A DNA stretch of 54,526 bases from Lobosporangium transversale (taxonomy: Eukaryota). The position numbers were made by a program, and so were the translations under genes. This document shows, piece after piece, positions 13,496 through 26,824 of this stretch. The notes under the pieces are model-generated. The model was not told where the DNA came from, made no database searches, and saw only the letters and a list, made by a program, of their open reading frames with translations. The stretch covers positions 310,001-364,526 of the forward strand of contig NW_019029023.1 of the NCBI RefSeq assembly GCF_002105155.1, read 5' to 3'. The number at the start of each line of letters is the position of its first letter. Position 1 is the first letter of the stretch.

Positions 13496-16101
13496 ATGAA
13501 AATGATGAAAGATCAGTTCCAACAACTCCGAAAGGCCAACAGCGACATCATTGAAAAAGTTTGCGTCAGAATTGCACCTACTTCCAGAAGCAATGGCAGC
13601 AACTCGTCATTCTACGTGACTTTGCAAGACATTCGAAATGTGTTTCCAGATGCACATCGATTCATGTTGGATGGGAGCCTCATCCCTTTCCTAGTAGATG
13701 GCAGTGGCAACAGGTATGTTGTTTTATCGTGATACCTTTTCAATTACTCTAAAAAAAAAAAAAAAGCGAGAGACCAATCTAGCATGTCTTTTATTCTTCT
13801 ATTAGAATCGATCCTCTGCGCATTGCCTTTTATCCTGACAAGGTCCTGGACGTCGTTGCAGAAGGACCAAAGCCCTGCAACATTAATAATAGCCTCAACA
13901 GCGACAGTAACAGTGGCAGCGACACCACTATCAGTTTGCCTACCTTGAAGAAGTCAGTATATCTGGCCTCTCAGGAGCTTCTTCAATCATTATCAGTCTT
14001 GATTCAATCTTTCAGCTCATCTCTTGTTACTCACGAAAATACGCAAAAAGGAATGACCAAATCTGACCTTGAGCAGATTGAAATCTTACTACTGTATGTC
14101 AAAAAGAGAGACGAAGGGATGCTTAAATTGCAATCAGAGATGCATAGCTTGCGACTGAAGGCTAAGGAGAATGATAAAGTAACTAAGCTGCAACTAGAGG
14201 TGCTCAAGCTGCGACTGGAATCCAAAGAAAAAGATGAAAAGATCATTAATTTGCAACACCAAGCTCTTAGCAGGCCCACCATCATTCAGGAGCATGCTAA
14301 TCAAGCTCCCGACAGGGCTACCATCCTTCAAAAGCATGCTGAAGCTATCCTTGCCCAGAACTATGAGCTGTATGAATATCCACTTTCTCGACTATTTATC
14401 ATTTTGCCCGTCGACAGCACCAAATGGGATCCAACGAATGTCTTGAGGAACAAGGTCCGCCTCTATTTTCTTTGTGAATATGGAGACCACTCCATAAAGA
14501 CAAGAAAAGACAGCCACGACCAAATCCATATTGTCAAACATGAAGAATATGAGATCCAATACAGCATGGAGTTCTTCCGCAAGTATGGAAAGCACATGGT
14601 GATCCTTTTAGAGTGGCTCAAGTTGAGGATGCTCTCGCCCACTTCTCTGAGACCTATCCCAAATCTGACCAACGCCGGTATCGATAAATCGCTCGACTAC
14701 ATGAAAGCACTCTCTGCTGAGTATCCGGCCTTGATTAACATCAACACATTTGATGACTATGAGGTGCTTGAAGGAGCAGACCTTCGCCAGCTGGGCACAT
14801 TCCTTCAAACCAGTGATAAATACAGACAAATTTGTAACTTGTACAGGACTACAACTGAAGTGGGGCATGTTAGATGGATTTGTGCCGACCACTTTCACTT
14901 GGATTATAGAGAGAAAGGGCAGAAAGCACTCTTATGTGAAATTGCTCTGAATGGAGGCAAATACAACATGCATCTTGGCAAAGCGATGGTCAAATTGGAG
15001 TCTAGTACTAGAGCTAAAGTATTCCTCAATGCTCTGGCCAATGCAAGATGTGTTTATGAGTTGGATATCACACTCAACTGGGATTGGTCCGAAGCTACCC
15101 TTGAAGCACTTGAGAGAGCATTGAAGGTGTCGGGTATATCAATCCTACGACTTGAACTTGGACTATCTCAAGAAAGCAGCAGCGGGAATGCAGTTCCAAG
15201 ATCCACACGATATGAAGCACTTATTCGTATAATTGAGCTTAACAGTATGAGGGTGATTCATATTGCCCTCTCACCGGACCTCATAGAGCTCTCTCGTTTA
15301 GAGCCTAGAAGCGCATCGCACCTTCATAAGTTATCCTTTGAGATGGAACCTCAAGGAGTTGAAGCTAATGATTTTCGAGTACTTGTGAATTCACTCAAGA
15401 CCAATACGACTTTGCTCGTCTTGGACTTGGAGGGCAACTCAATTGGGGATAAAGGGGCCCTGGCGCTATCAGAAGCGCTAAAGACTAACACAGCTCTGAC
15501 CTCTTTGAGCTTGCGCGAGAACTCAATTGGACATAAAGGAGCTCTGGCACTCTCAAAGGCACTCAAGATTAATACCACGTTAACTACTTTGAACTTGAAC
15601 TGGAACTTGATTGAGGAGAAAGGGGCTGTGGTACTGTTGGAGGCGCTCAAGAGTAACACGACTTTGGTCACTTTGGGCTTGCGTGGCAACTCGATTGGGA
15701 GGGAAGGTGCTCTAACGCTGGCAGAAGCGCTCAAGGTCAATACGGGGTTGGCTTTTTTGGACCTGCACGACAACTCACTTGAGAAGGAAGGAATTCTGGC
15801 GCTATCAGAGGCGCTCAAGACCAACAAAGTATTGACAGATTTGAATTTGGGAGGTAACGGAGTAAGGAATGAAGGAGCTCTGGCACTCTCAGAGGCGCTC
15901 AAGGTTAACACTACTTTGACCATTTTGGGCTTGAGCCAAAACCTAATTAAGAAAGAAGGAGCTCTGGCGTTTCTAGAGGCACTCAGGATTAACACAACCT
16001 TGACCAGTTTGGACTTGTGGGACAATTTAGTTGGTGAAGAAGAAAGTCTGGCACTGTCAGAGGCCCTTAAAGTGAACGCGGCTTTGGCCCTTTTTGATTG
16101 A
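13496..16101 (+). CDS. Coiled-coil + conserved middle domain + RNI-like (NLRC3-like) LRR protein; exons 13496-13713 and 13806-16101
   Basis: GT..AG intron at 13714-13805 joins ORF 13466-13732 to the 721-aa ORF. About 8 tandem 28-aa LRRs at the C-terminus. An alternative ATG lies at 13469. Confidence 0.85.
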
Positions 16102-16292
16102 AGGGCGTAAATCGAAAACCAAGGTGTCCTGGTACTGTTTGAAACACTTGGTTCTATTTGATCGAATGAATTATACTTTTGGCCATAGATTATTTCTCGC
16201 TGTTCCTTAAAGTAAAGTCCATCAATTTCGTAATTGCACAATCTTTTTTTATTGCAAAAAAATCAAAAATCAAAAATAAAAAAAAGATGTAT

Positions 16293-16975
16293 AAAGGCGA
16301 AAGTAAGTTCCATGGAGGACAGATGTAAAGATTGCGCAAGTGGCTCCACTTGTGTCTCAACGTGTCGAAGTCCACCGTCAAAGGATGAGGTTTCCATGTC
16401 ATGAACCGATGAAGCTGATTGTTGGGCGATAAGGTGGGGGCCCCACTGCTGGTCTAGATTGACGAGCCCAGCCTCCATTCGAGCCGTGCTTGCATCCGGT
16501 GCGATGGTGCACCTGCTGGATTGAATACCGATGGCACGTATGTGGTCCTGGGTCTCATGTCTGTTGCTAGACAATACTTCCAAATTTTGTCCGCCAGATC
16601 AATCAGAGGTTGTGAGCGAGTTCCGCCGAACCGGTTGATGTAAGCGGTGGTGGTTGTGTTGTCGATTACTAGGCTGAGCATTCTTCCTTGTGTTTGAGGA
16701 AGAGTGGCTGCGTAGTACATGGCTAGTAATTCTTTTAGATTGATGTATTGGTGAGGTATGTCTGGTGGCCATAGCCCTATCCAAGTGCGTTATCCTATGA
16801 CAATCCCCCAACCTTGGCCGGAGGCGTCTGTGTACACGTCCATTTGAGCTGGCGATTGAATCCATGATGTTCCGTTCCACTCCTTGAGTTGGTTTGTCCA
16901 CCAATCCAGATTGACTCGAGTTCTGTCGTCCAGTGGGATTGTCACTTCCCATGATGGCACCCCGCGCATCCATTT
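16293..16975 (-). mobile_element. DIRS-type (tyrosine-recombinase retrotransposon) RNase H + adenine-methyltransferase-like remnant
   Basis: LDWW....WNG, VYTDASGQGWG, INLKELLA, DNTTTTAYINRFGGTRS, YVPSVFNPA (DIRS1 RNase H), followed by NLYICPPWNLL (MT-like xPPW motif). Contains in-frame stops. Confidence 0.85.
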
Positions 16976-17800
16976 GGTGCTTCCAAGTGTGAAAGCTGTG
17001 TGGATGGAAACGATGTCCTTGTCTATATTGATCTCCTGAACATGGAGACTTTCTTTGATGAAAAAGTCAGCCAATCGGAAAATATCCGCAGCTTCAAGAA
17101 AAAGCGGAGGTAAAACTGCGTCTATAAAAAAAGTCATTGCTCCTCGGAAGGTCGGCACGCCTGTTACAGGTCCTATAGAAAGTGTAGCCCAAAGTGCAAA
17201 TGTGTCCAATGGTCTGAACCTTTGAATAAAGAGCACATTGAACATCTTCTCTATATTAAATTACAGTCAAAAAAATAAAAAGAAAAAGAAAAATAAACAA
17301 GGTATCATGCAGCTTCTTTGATAATTGACTTCCTCGATCTACCCTTTCTACAAGCGACGCCAATAATTGATATAATGCCAGCATTTTTCCATATAAAAAA
17401 GAAGAAAAAACGGATCGCTGTCAAAGCTAGTGAGCATGCATGAAAAGAAGACACGATTGCCCTTATCGCTATTTATTCAGTGACAGGGTAAAAAATAATC
17501 CTGTCTATCAGATGTGTACAGTCACAAATATTTAATATTTACGTAATAAGAAACGGCTGGTGGCAAATGCATGTTACGTCTGGATTGACAGCGGCTGAAA
17601 TGAAATATCGGTATAATAGGAGCAGATCTGTCGGCATGGCTCTCTCTACATTAGTTCTCTTTATATTACCTTGCTCACTTTTAGCTTTTATCACCCTCAT
17701 TACTCTTCTCCTTCCTTCCTTTTGAAGGCCACACGACTGTATTTGATCTTCCTTTCTACTTTCACCAGCCAACTCACTTTTTTGTCTATTAATCACACCG

Positions 17801-20800
17801 ATGATGGACAAAATTTCACTCCTTTGCATCCCTAACGGGGAGTCTACCGCATTCCCAGTGGACATAAATCCCCAGAAGACTATCAGCCACCTCAAAAAGG
17901 CAATCAAGGAGAAAAAAGACGCTTTTCAGGGTATTAATGCCTACGAACTCATCCTTCATAAGGTCTCGGTCCCTGGTGAAGGCACCACAGTCAATCTCAC
18001 CAATGTTGGATCAAAGGAGTCACTCACCAGAGGATCAAGCAAGGTCTCCAAGGTATTTGGCACATCACCTCTGCCCGAGAAGACTATTCACGTCATTGTT
18101 CAGCGTCCATCAGCAGGTAAGGGATCAACTGATATGCTCTCTCTAAATTTTTTGCATGATGTTGTTGATTAACATTACTGATTATAGTGATGCCGCTTCT
18201 AATTACCTTCATGTTCCTCTTCGGGTTACCCTTCAGAGCAACCTACTCAAAAAGCAGCGCCAGGGCCGCCAAGGCTAGTGCAAGAAGCATGTAAGTTGAT
18301 GGCACTATCCTTTCAAGACCGCAATCCGGTTTTGGTATGGATTTGCGGTTAATATCTTGCATTCATTGTAGTCAATAGGGAACTAGAGAATATCGAGAAG
18401 AAGGTCTTCCATGCGGACACTCCAATTTCACGTTTCCTTCATTCATACGTGAAGGGTGACATTAAGCTCCCTGACGCAGACTGTTGTGTCAAAGGCTTAC
18501 CACGGGCCTGGCTCCGATCAAGATATTTCAGCCCTGAGTTACCTCAGCCTGCTCTCTATCTCATACATCCAAGAAAACCACATGAGACGATAACGACACC
18601 TCCTTCTGTAACAGCGCTAGATACGATCAGCAGGTTTCAGAATAACGACATTATCACTTTTTTCGGCGAGAGTGGATGTGGAAAGGCGAGAGCAGTCGTG
18701 GAAATGCTTGCACAGAACTGGGGGGTTCTACTTTAATGGCAGTCAGTCGGACAGAGGTTCAATGGACGTTGTTACTTTGTTCAAGTCAGCAATGAAGAGG
18801 TCGAAGCAGTACCTTTCGTCCGATAAGGTTCAGAATGGCCCCAATATCCAGGCGATTACAAACTGTTTACTTATTTCGCGTCTTATGGTTCTGCATTACT
18901 GTCTGAGTATCGGCTGCAATGATTCATTTACTTGCGAGCGTTGGATGTTGCTCCAAATGTGCCCAGGAGCCTTTAACACCGATGTATCAGATGTCTTTGA
19001 CGATGTTTTCACGGCTATACTACGCGCCTATCATGACCAGAGACCGGTTATCGTTCTCATAAGCTTGGAGTACCTATTACATGGTCGGTTTACTCAGGTT
19101 AAAGGCCGATCTCCTCACTTGCCTCTAATTCTCCAACGAACAAGCTTCTCGTTGTCCTTGATGAAGCGCAAGCCCTGAATGATCATGGAAGAGAATGCTT
19201 TGTGTCGCACGCGGATTCCAGAACTCCTAGGCCGATTCTCTCACCTATTATTTATGGGCTTAGGAACATATCACGAAGTAGACAAGACTACTGCGTGGTG
19301 ACATGTGGCGCAGCCATCAGTGAAGATGAGATTGAAGTATTAGGAAGCTCGAGCACTTCAAAATACTTTGGTCATATCGAATACTGAATTATGGACTTCC
19401 CAGGCTGGGAATCAGTGGGCCAGGTGGCTCTGTACATCAACAGTCTTGGAAACATGATGAACGAGGACGACAAGGTGATGCTTCATACATTAATACCAGA
19501 GGCAGCTGCCCAGGAGTTGTTTTTCAGCCTTCGAGGCCGATACCGTCCAATCATTACGACAATCGAGGATATCATCACTACCGGATCTCCATCATACTGG
19601 AAAGAAGCTATTGAAGGCCGAGTTCGATCTTTGGTAAACTATCCTAAGCAACTTCACATGCCTGGGGATATTTGCTCAGCTATCAAAAGGACGATCGACA
19701 AAGTTGCGAAGGATCCAATCAGGTTCGGGGATGCTGTCGAACTCAAGCACGTCCTCAAGCAAACTATTGTTTATCGAGCCTCTCTGGGACTGCCATGGAG
19801 CTTACAAGGAGAGAAGCCGATCTTGGTTGAGAGCGCTTTCGGCTGTCTCCGCAATGTAGCTACCAGCACGGTTTTTGGGAAGTCATTCTACACGGTTATT
19901 GATGAGCCATTTATATTCCAGGCTGCCTACAACTTTATCAAGCATGAGGACTATGACTTCTATGTGCACTTCAGGGAATAGTATCAAGACTTACAGGGTC
20001 GACAACCTGAAGAAAGGATCTTTGAGCTGCACGCACCCTTGGATCTGGTTTACGCTTTCCATAATAAACAGCTCAAGCAAGAATTATTCTCGATCCCCAA
20101 GGCTGCTAAGCATCAACCTACGCCAAAACTTAAAAGCCCTATCCCTGAATTTGAGCCTGTTGCTTTTCTCAGGCATTTGTTCAAACATAAAGCAACGATT
20201 GTCGGATGGGAAGATTATGATTGGAGGGTTCGATACATGGAGGCTCTGACTATGGGCGATTTTTTAGAGGCACACTACAAGCATAGCTCGATGTGGGGTG
20301 GCTCTGCGGTACCGCCTTTTTACTACCCAGAGTCGTCTCTTTCGGGACCGGATATAGTCTTTGTTCTACGAATTGATGATCAGCTCTACCCTGTGTTTGT
20401 CCAGACGAAGCTCTCTCAAGATATTTCTCCAGGAAAAGTAGAGGAGGCACGGTTGACGATACATGAGAGCAAACTCAAGCATCATCTTCCGAATTTGGCC
20501 TCATACTGCCCTGGCGGAAAGTACTTTGGCTTGATCTACGTTCACCCTATGGTTGTAAAAACACCTCGAGAGAGCTGGGATGATAGTCTTTGGCGTACAG
20601 AGCCCGATTGTGGAGCCGATGGCAATCAAGTCCTCAAGGATGACGACATACCATCGATGCAACTCCTTATGATTATTGATAGGAGCAATATGCAGAGTCT
20701 TCTTCCAGGAGGAGTGGTTGACTTTCTCGATAGTGTGTAAGGCATCAAGCGAGCACATGAGCAATCAGGCTCGTCTGATAGGGCGGATAAGAAACCAATG

Positions 20801-20818
20801 TTGGTGAAGCAACAGTAG
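17801..20818 (+). pseudogene. Crinkler (CRN) family gene: Ubl header + P-loop NTPase + PD-(D/E)XK-type nuclease, disrupted
   Basis: Header LLCIPNGESTAFPVDI..LKKAIK..LILHKV..TIHVIVQRP. Introns about 18117-18236 and 18291-18371. Walker A GESGCGKA, Walker B-like VVLDEAQ, nuclease GPDIVF...VFVQTK. Multiple stops and frameshifts. Confidence 0.8.
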
Positions 20819-21478
20819 TGAGTGTTGAAAGACATGTCAATAAACGATATATTGCAGCAATTTGTGGGAGAGCTTTGCAAGCGCTGTTTCGATGTATCCT
20901 TTTATTGAGAAGTATTGCCATCATTGCCAACATCCATGATCAACAAAGACTTCTCAGGAAAAATAGCTACTAGCGATGTTTAAAATCGATTCATGAGCCA
21001 ATAACCTTTTAAAACTATCTTTAACCAATTGAATAATCACGGAACATTGAATTAGACCGAACTTTCACAATTTTCCACTATGAGTTTGTGTAGGTTATAA
21101 TCTTGCTAAATAGGTTCCATACCCAGAAAGAAGCTACAAGCACTCCTTTCTGTGTACTTTTATTTCCTTTTTTTTTTTTTTTATAAAATAAAAATGTCAG
21201 TGTGCCCTTGGTCCTGGTTGCCTGCACTCACCTTGTAACGGTTTGGATAAAAGGAAATAGAAGGTAGTGTAAGTTCCGTACAAATGTGTTGTGGAATAGA
21301 ACGCGCAGGTATAGTCGCCGCAGCGTTCAAAGCAAACGGAATGGAAGGAAACGAAGATGACAATTTAATCTCTAGTGGTGAACTACGTGAGCGTAACGTT
21401 GAGGCAGTAGTGTGATTAAGCCATGTCTGTTGAGACGTCGCGTTACCATCATGAGCGCAGGTCAATCCTATCTATATC

Positions 21479-21514
<36 letters not shown>

Positions 21515-21561
21515 TTTTGCCTTTATTTTAATTATTTCTAAACCTATGTGTGGAAAATAAG

Positions 21562-21604
<43 letters not shown>
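21479..21604. repeat. (TTA)n and (GA)n microsatellites
   Basis: Direct inspection: about 21479-21513 and 21566-21606. Confidence 0.9.
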
Positions 21605-21610
<6 letters not shown>

Positions 21611-21742
21611 AGCTGCTATGCAAAATGAATAGTGAGTTTATGAGGAGAGAAAGAAAAAATCTTTTGGTTTTTTTGCTTTTAAGTATTGTAATGTAATGTT
21701 AATGTAAATGTAAATGTAAATGTATATAATGTAATTTTTATT

Positions 21743-22124
21743 TTACTTCCTGGCCTTCTTATTGGCGGCCTTGGCTTCCTTGGCCAATTGCTCCTTCTTC
21801 TTGGTCAACTTCTCGACCTCAGCAGCCTTCTTGTTCTTGCCATATTGGATCTTGTTGTACAATTTCTGTTGCTTATTGGTCATCATGATCTTGGCCAACT
21901 CCTTTGCCTCGGCTTCTTCAGCCTCTGCAGCAGTACGCTTCTTGCCAGCAGATCGTGTTACGGGTGCCACATCAGCAGCAGCAGTAACAGCCTTGGTCTT
22001 CTTGGCATTCTTCTTGTTTTCCTTGGCCTCAAACTCTGTAAAGGCAACACCTTTAGCTTCAGCCTCCAACTCCCTTTGATGGAGATCCTTATGCTAAAAG
22101 ATTTGGCATTAGTCAATAATAATG

Positions 22125-22157
<33 letters not shown>

Positions 22158-22176
22158 AGTCCTTTTCTTTTTTTGC

Positions 22177-22207
<31 letters not shown>

Positions 22208-23337
22208 GTGAGTATACATATTGCACATTCAGCAACATATGTTTATATATTACCTCGGTATCTTCCTCTTCTTCTTCCTCCTCTCCTTCTTCGTCTTCGT
22301 CTTCATCTTCATCCTCATCCTCCTCTTCTTCATCCTCCTCTTCTTCATCCTCCTCAGCACTCTCAATCTCCAGATCTTCGGTTTGACCTTCGAATTGATT
22401 CTGATCAGGAATGTAATCACCTTCCTTGGCCTCCACAAAGGGTGACAAATGAGGAGGCAAGGTCTTGCCGACATGATAAGGATCTGCTGCTAGGATTTTA
22501 CCAGCGTTGATGGAATCATAAGCCCATTGGGGTTGAACATAATGACGGTTCAAGAACCGATGTCCCTGTGTGGGACGATCGCTAATTTGATGGGTGATTC
22601 TGTCATCATTCTCCTTAAAAGGCGAGCCCTCCCCCAGAACAGGATCCCAGCCCACATGTCCTCCACAGGCACGAAGAATAAACTCGAGTGAGTAGCGAGG
22701 GACCTCACGGGATAGGAAGATGTAACATTGACTGAAGAGAGATTGGAATTGAGTCAAATGTTGAGACGCTTTCTGAATATCGGAAAAGGTGACAGTATCG
22801 GAGGAAGACCCGTCCAGATTAGGAAGTGGTGCTGGGAATTCGTCCATGGTATCCTCGTTGTCGTTATCGTTATCATTATCGTTATTGTTTTTACTTGATG
22901 ATGAATTTCCATTTGTGGTCTCATATGAGTTGGATTCTTGAATATGTGCAATCTTATTGGAGAGGGTCTTGAGACGTTTTTCTGATTCTTCCAGACGTTG
23001 TTTTTCTTCCTTGGATAATGATGATGATAATGAAGATGATGATGAAGAAATAGAAGCTTCGGGTACATTTAAAGTCTTTGCAATGTTGGCAGCCGACTGT
23101 GTGGATTCGATAATCAAGGCGTTCATTCCTGCACCGCCTTCATCCAACTTGAGATCCAATGCAGGAGGATAGACAAGGTTGACATCCGAATATAATTTAA
23201 AGTTGACGAATCCACACAGGGTTTGGTAAAACTCCAAGAATGTCAACATGACACGGAAGTCGACATCTGTTGGGACCTATTTTTGGGGTGTTATAATAAA
23301 ATCAATTAAGCAAGGTAGTTGAAAAATGATTAGAATC

Positions 23338-23385
<48 letters not shown>

Positions 23386-24404
23386 GCTTTTCTTTCTGTT
23401 GCTGAGAATAATACAGATAATAAACCAAGGTTCCTTAAGACATATTAAATAAAATAATAATAATAATAATAATAAATAAATAAATAAAAAACTTACATCC
23501 TGAGAAAATTGATACGGGACAAGCCAGTTGATGGTCTGACCTTTGATCTCGGCTTGATAATAGATTCCTTTGATGGACAAGAAGACCTTACGTAAACTCC
23601 TGGTGTGTAGTACATAGTGTTGGAATTCTGCTGCGAGACGTTGACAGTTCTCAATGGTCTCTGCTTTGATCTTTTCGGTTTTGGGCATGGTAGCGAATAA
23701 GAAGACCATGCAGAGAGCATCATCCAGATCACGGAGAGCATCTGTAAAAGTGGGGTAACGTTCCTTGATGATATGATCCAACGTATAGATGGGTTTGTTC
23801 TCTGCCAAGGTCTTTGCAGTGCTGTATTGACCCTTGGACATGACCTTGGCCATCTTCTTGGCAAAGGTCTTGTATTCACGGAACTTGCTCAGGATGGGTT
23901 CATGCATCAAATATTGAATATCCTTTGCATAGTAAAATGTCGCTGGAGCGGTCGAGCCCTTGTTGGCCTTCTTTTTGTTTTTAGGTTCCCGAGGATAAAT
24001 TCCTTTCAAGATACAGAGACGACTTTAAAAAAAATAAAATAAAATATATAAAAAAAAAAACGCGAGTTAGGGAGATATTATCAGCTAATAGATTGTAGAA
24101 ACCATGGCTACATATTAAATCCAGGGAAAAAAAAAAAAAAAAAAAAAAAAAAGTTGAGGATATGGAGAATACAAATAAGAAAAATGAGATAAATAATGAC
24201 ATGATAATTAAGAGGTAGAATGCAAAGAAATTATAAAATAAGTGCAAGCAATTGTTTTCCCCCTCCTTTTCCTTTCTGTCTTTTCTTTTCCTCTCTTCCC
24301 TACCGAAAATCAGCCAGAGTAACCTGAAGCTTTTTCAGAGCCTGGTTACGGGTGATATAATTGACGGCGGCTCCGGCCTTTCCCTTCTTTTGAAGCTTTC
24401 CCAT
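21743..24404 (-). CDS. NOP7: Pescadillo / Nop7 ribosome biogenesis protein; exons 24404-24304, 24022-23497, 23276-22254, 22093-21743
   Basis: [51 protein letters not shown] domain ([31 protein letters not shown]); acidic tract. GT..AG introns keep the frame. Confidence 0.97.
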
Positions 24405-24787
24405 GGCTAGTTGGTTATTCGGGTGTTAAGGATGAAGGGGATGTGAAGAAAAAAAAAAAAAAAAAAAAAAAAAAAGTGGAAAGGTTTTTGTAAATGGAGA
24501 GGGGGGAACACTTTGGTGTGTTTTGTCAAGGCTTTAGAAAAAAAAAAAAAAATAACAACAACAACAACAAATCTCACGTGCATGTGGCTTTAGGCAAGTA
24601 AAAAGCAGTCATTCATCGCCACCAAAATTTTTTTAATATTGCGAGAGAACATTAAATGAATTCCACGATACATTTTTTTATTAAATTGTAGAGTGTTTGG
24701 GTATACACATATTTAAAGCAACTATGAGTGGTTCTAGAAAAAATACAAAGGAGAGAGTAAAGAGTTTTTTTTTTTTTTTTTTTTCTT

Positions 24788-26824
24788 TCACAGCTTCTGT
24801 TCCAGCTGAATCTCTTGAAGTGTGCCTTGGTTGTGAATCTTATTCAGGACCATATCCTCTGCTTGCATATCCCTTTCATATTGTTCCTGATCTCTCAATT
24901 TCTGTGCCTTACCACCCATATACAAGACTACAAAGGGCAACAACAAAAGCGTCACAGCAGCGATCAAGATACAAGTCCAGAACATACTAGTCTCCTGATA
25001 GATCAAAGCTCCCAACAAGGGTCCAACAACCATTCCCAAAGAGAAACACATATTAAGTATTGAAAAGGCTCTAGCGAATCCATCCCCATCTCCCGTCACT
25101 CGGACCACTGCAGAGACCTCCGCCATGATTGGAGTCAAAAAGATGGCACACATACCACCGATTCCCACCAAGAATATGATCATGGCCCAAAGGGGCATTC
25201 CAGGAATTCCAAGGACTGCCACAAGAACTACACAGATCGCAATAGCGACACTGGACATGATCTTCGCACCATGTTTATCAGAGAACCAGCCCGCAACCGG
25301 TGAAATAAACGATGGGAGACTGAAGGCAAGGAAAATGATACCAATCTTGGTCTTGGACAAGCCGAATTTATCTGCAAGGAAGAGTGGCAGCACTGGCTCA
25401 AGCGCTATAAAAAAAAGAAAGAAAGAATAATAATAATAATAATAATACTCTGTTAAGTTTGATTCTCTACTTTTCAGATCCTCATGTAGGGTTGTAGAAA
25501 AAAAAACAAAAAAAAAAACACATACCAGCAATAAGAAAAGCTTGAGTGAAGCCGATAGCCAAGCTAGTGAGTAGGCGCGAATTGCTCAAAAGAGCAAGAA
25601 TAGTTGTCTCCTTGGCAGCGGTAGGTGCGGAAGCAGGCGTAGAAGGGGAGGACTCCAATGAACCGACAATACCGGTTGCTGGTTGCTGCTGTTGTTGCTG
25701 TTGCTGCTGCTGCTTCTGTTGCTTCTGAAATTCTCGAATGGCTTTGACTTTGGCAGTTCTTGGTTCGATAATCAACAAACGACAGACCAGATCGATAACA
25801 ATGAGGACAATACAGAAGACGTAAGGGGCTTTATCACCCACATTATCCTGAAGAAGTCCTCCAACGGGTGGTCCCACCATCAGACCCAGAGATTGACCAA
25901 TCATCACTTTTCCCATCTCCTGACCCAGTTGATTAGAAGGAAAGGTATCTGAGAGTAGAGCAAGACCTAAAGTCATCATTGTACCTCCTGCTACACCAGC
26001 ACAAAAGCGGGAGATCAATAATAACTGTTTTTTATATATAAATAAAATAAGAGAAACAGGGAAGAGTAAGTATCTACCCATATCAACTAATTCAATCACA
26101 ATTTGCAGAGGGAGGTGTGATGCCAACAAACAGAAGAGAAAGTTCAAACTTACCCAGAAATGATCCATACCCTCCATGAAGAGAATTGTAGCAAGCAACA
26201 GTCCGACCAAACCAACGATCATTGGAGTGCGTCTGTTTGCCATTTTGTCTGAAATGATACCTGCAATGGGTGAAGAGATCAAGACTCCAACAGCAAAACA
26301 AGCAATCAAGGCACCATTGGCTGTTGATTTAAGGCCCAAACGTTCGACAATAAAGGGGGTCAAGGGCATGATGATACCATAGCAGACCATGTCGACAAAG
26401 ATCGCCAGACCGACGGTGAAGGTTAAAAAGTTGTGAGAGCTTCTTAAACGGGTGAAACGACTGACTGTAGCATTATTACTATTATTATCCAAGTCTACAT
26501 CCATGTCGTTTCTTGTTGTGGTTGCTGTGGTTGCTGTGTTGAGAACATTTTTATTTACAGTTGAGATCGAGGCAGAGGCAGAAGCAGATTCGTTTAGTGT
26601 TGCACATCGATCAGTCTCAGTCTGGTTCTCTAGATCGTTGGTTGAATGGGCATTTGGATTTATGGCCGTGCCATCGCCATCCTATTTAGTTTTTTGAAGG
26701 GACAAAGAAGAGAGAGAGAGAGAGAGAGAGAAAGAGGGACAGATCAAATCAGATTAAAAATTGTTTCTCAAGAATTGTCTCAGTTGTGGAATGCTGTCAA
26801 ACTTACAAATTTTTGTGAGGACAT
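24788..26824 (-). CDS. MFS transporter, vesicular amine transporter/DHA1-like; exons about 26824-26807, 26681-26154, 26024-25526, 25404-24788
   Basis: Multiple hydrophobic helices, motif A GIISDKMANRR, GLMVGPPVGG and GWFSDKHGAK. Canonical introns. The short first exon MSSQKF is inferred from splice signals. Confidence 0.88.

Noticed and set aside
3273..16241. Long antisense ORFs over the LRR regions (3273-3587, 3894-4631, 15351-16241)
   Set aside because: They are mirror frames of the repetitive sense-strand LRR codons and have no independent features.
16790..17245. 151-aa ORF as a single gene
   Set aside because: Only the part below about 16975 is DIRS-like. The rest is unrelated flank.
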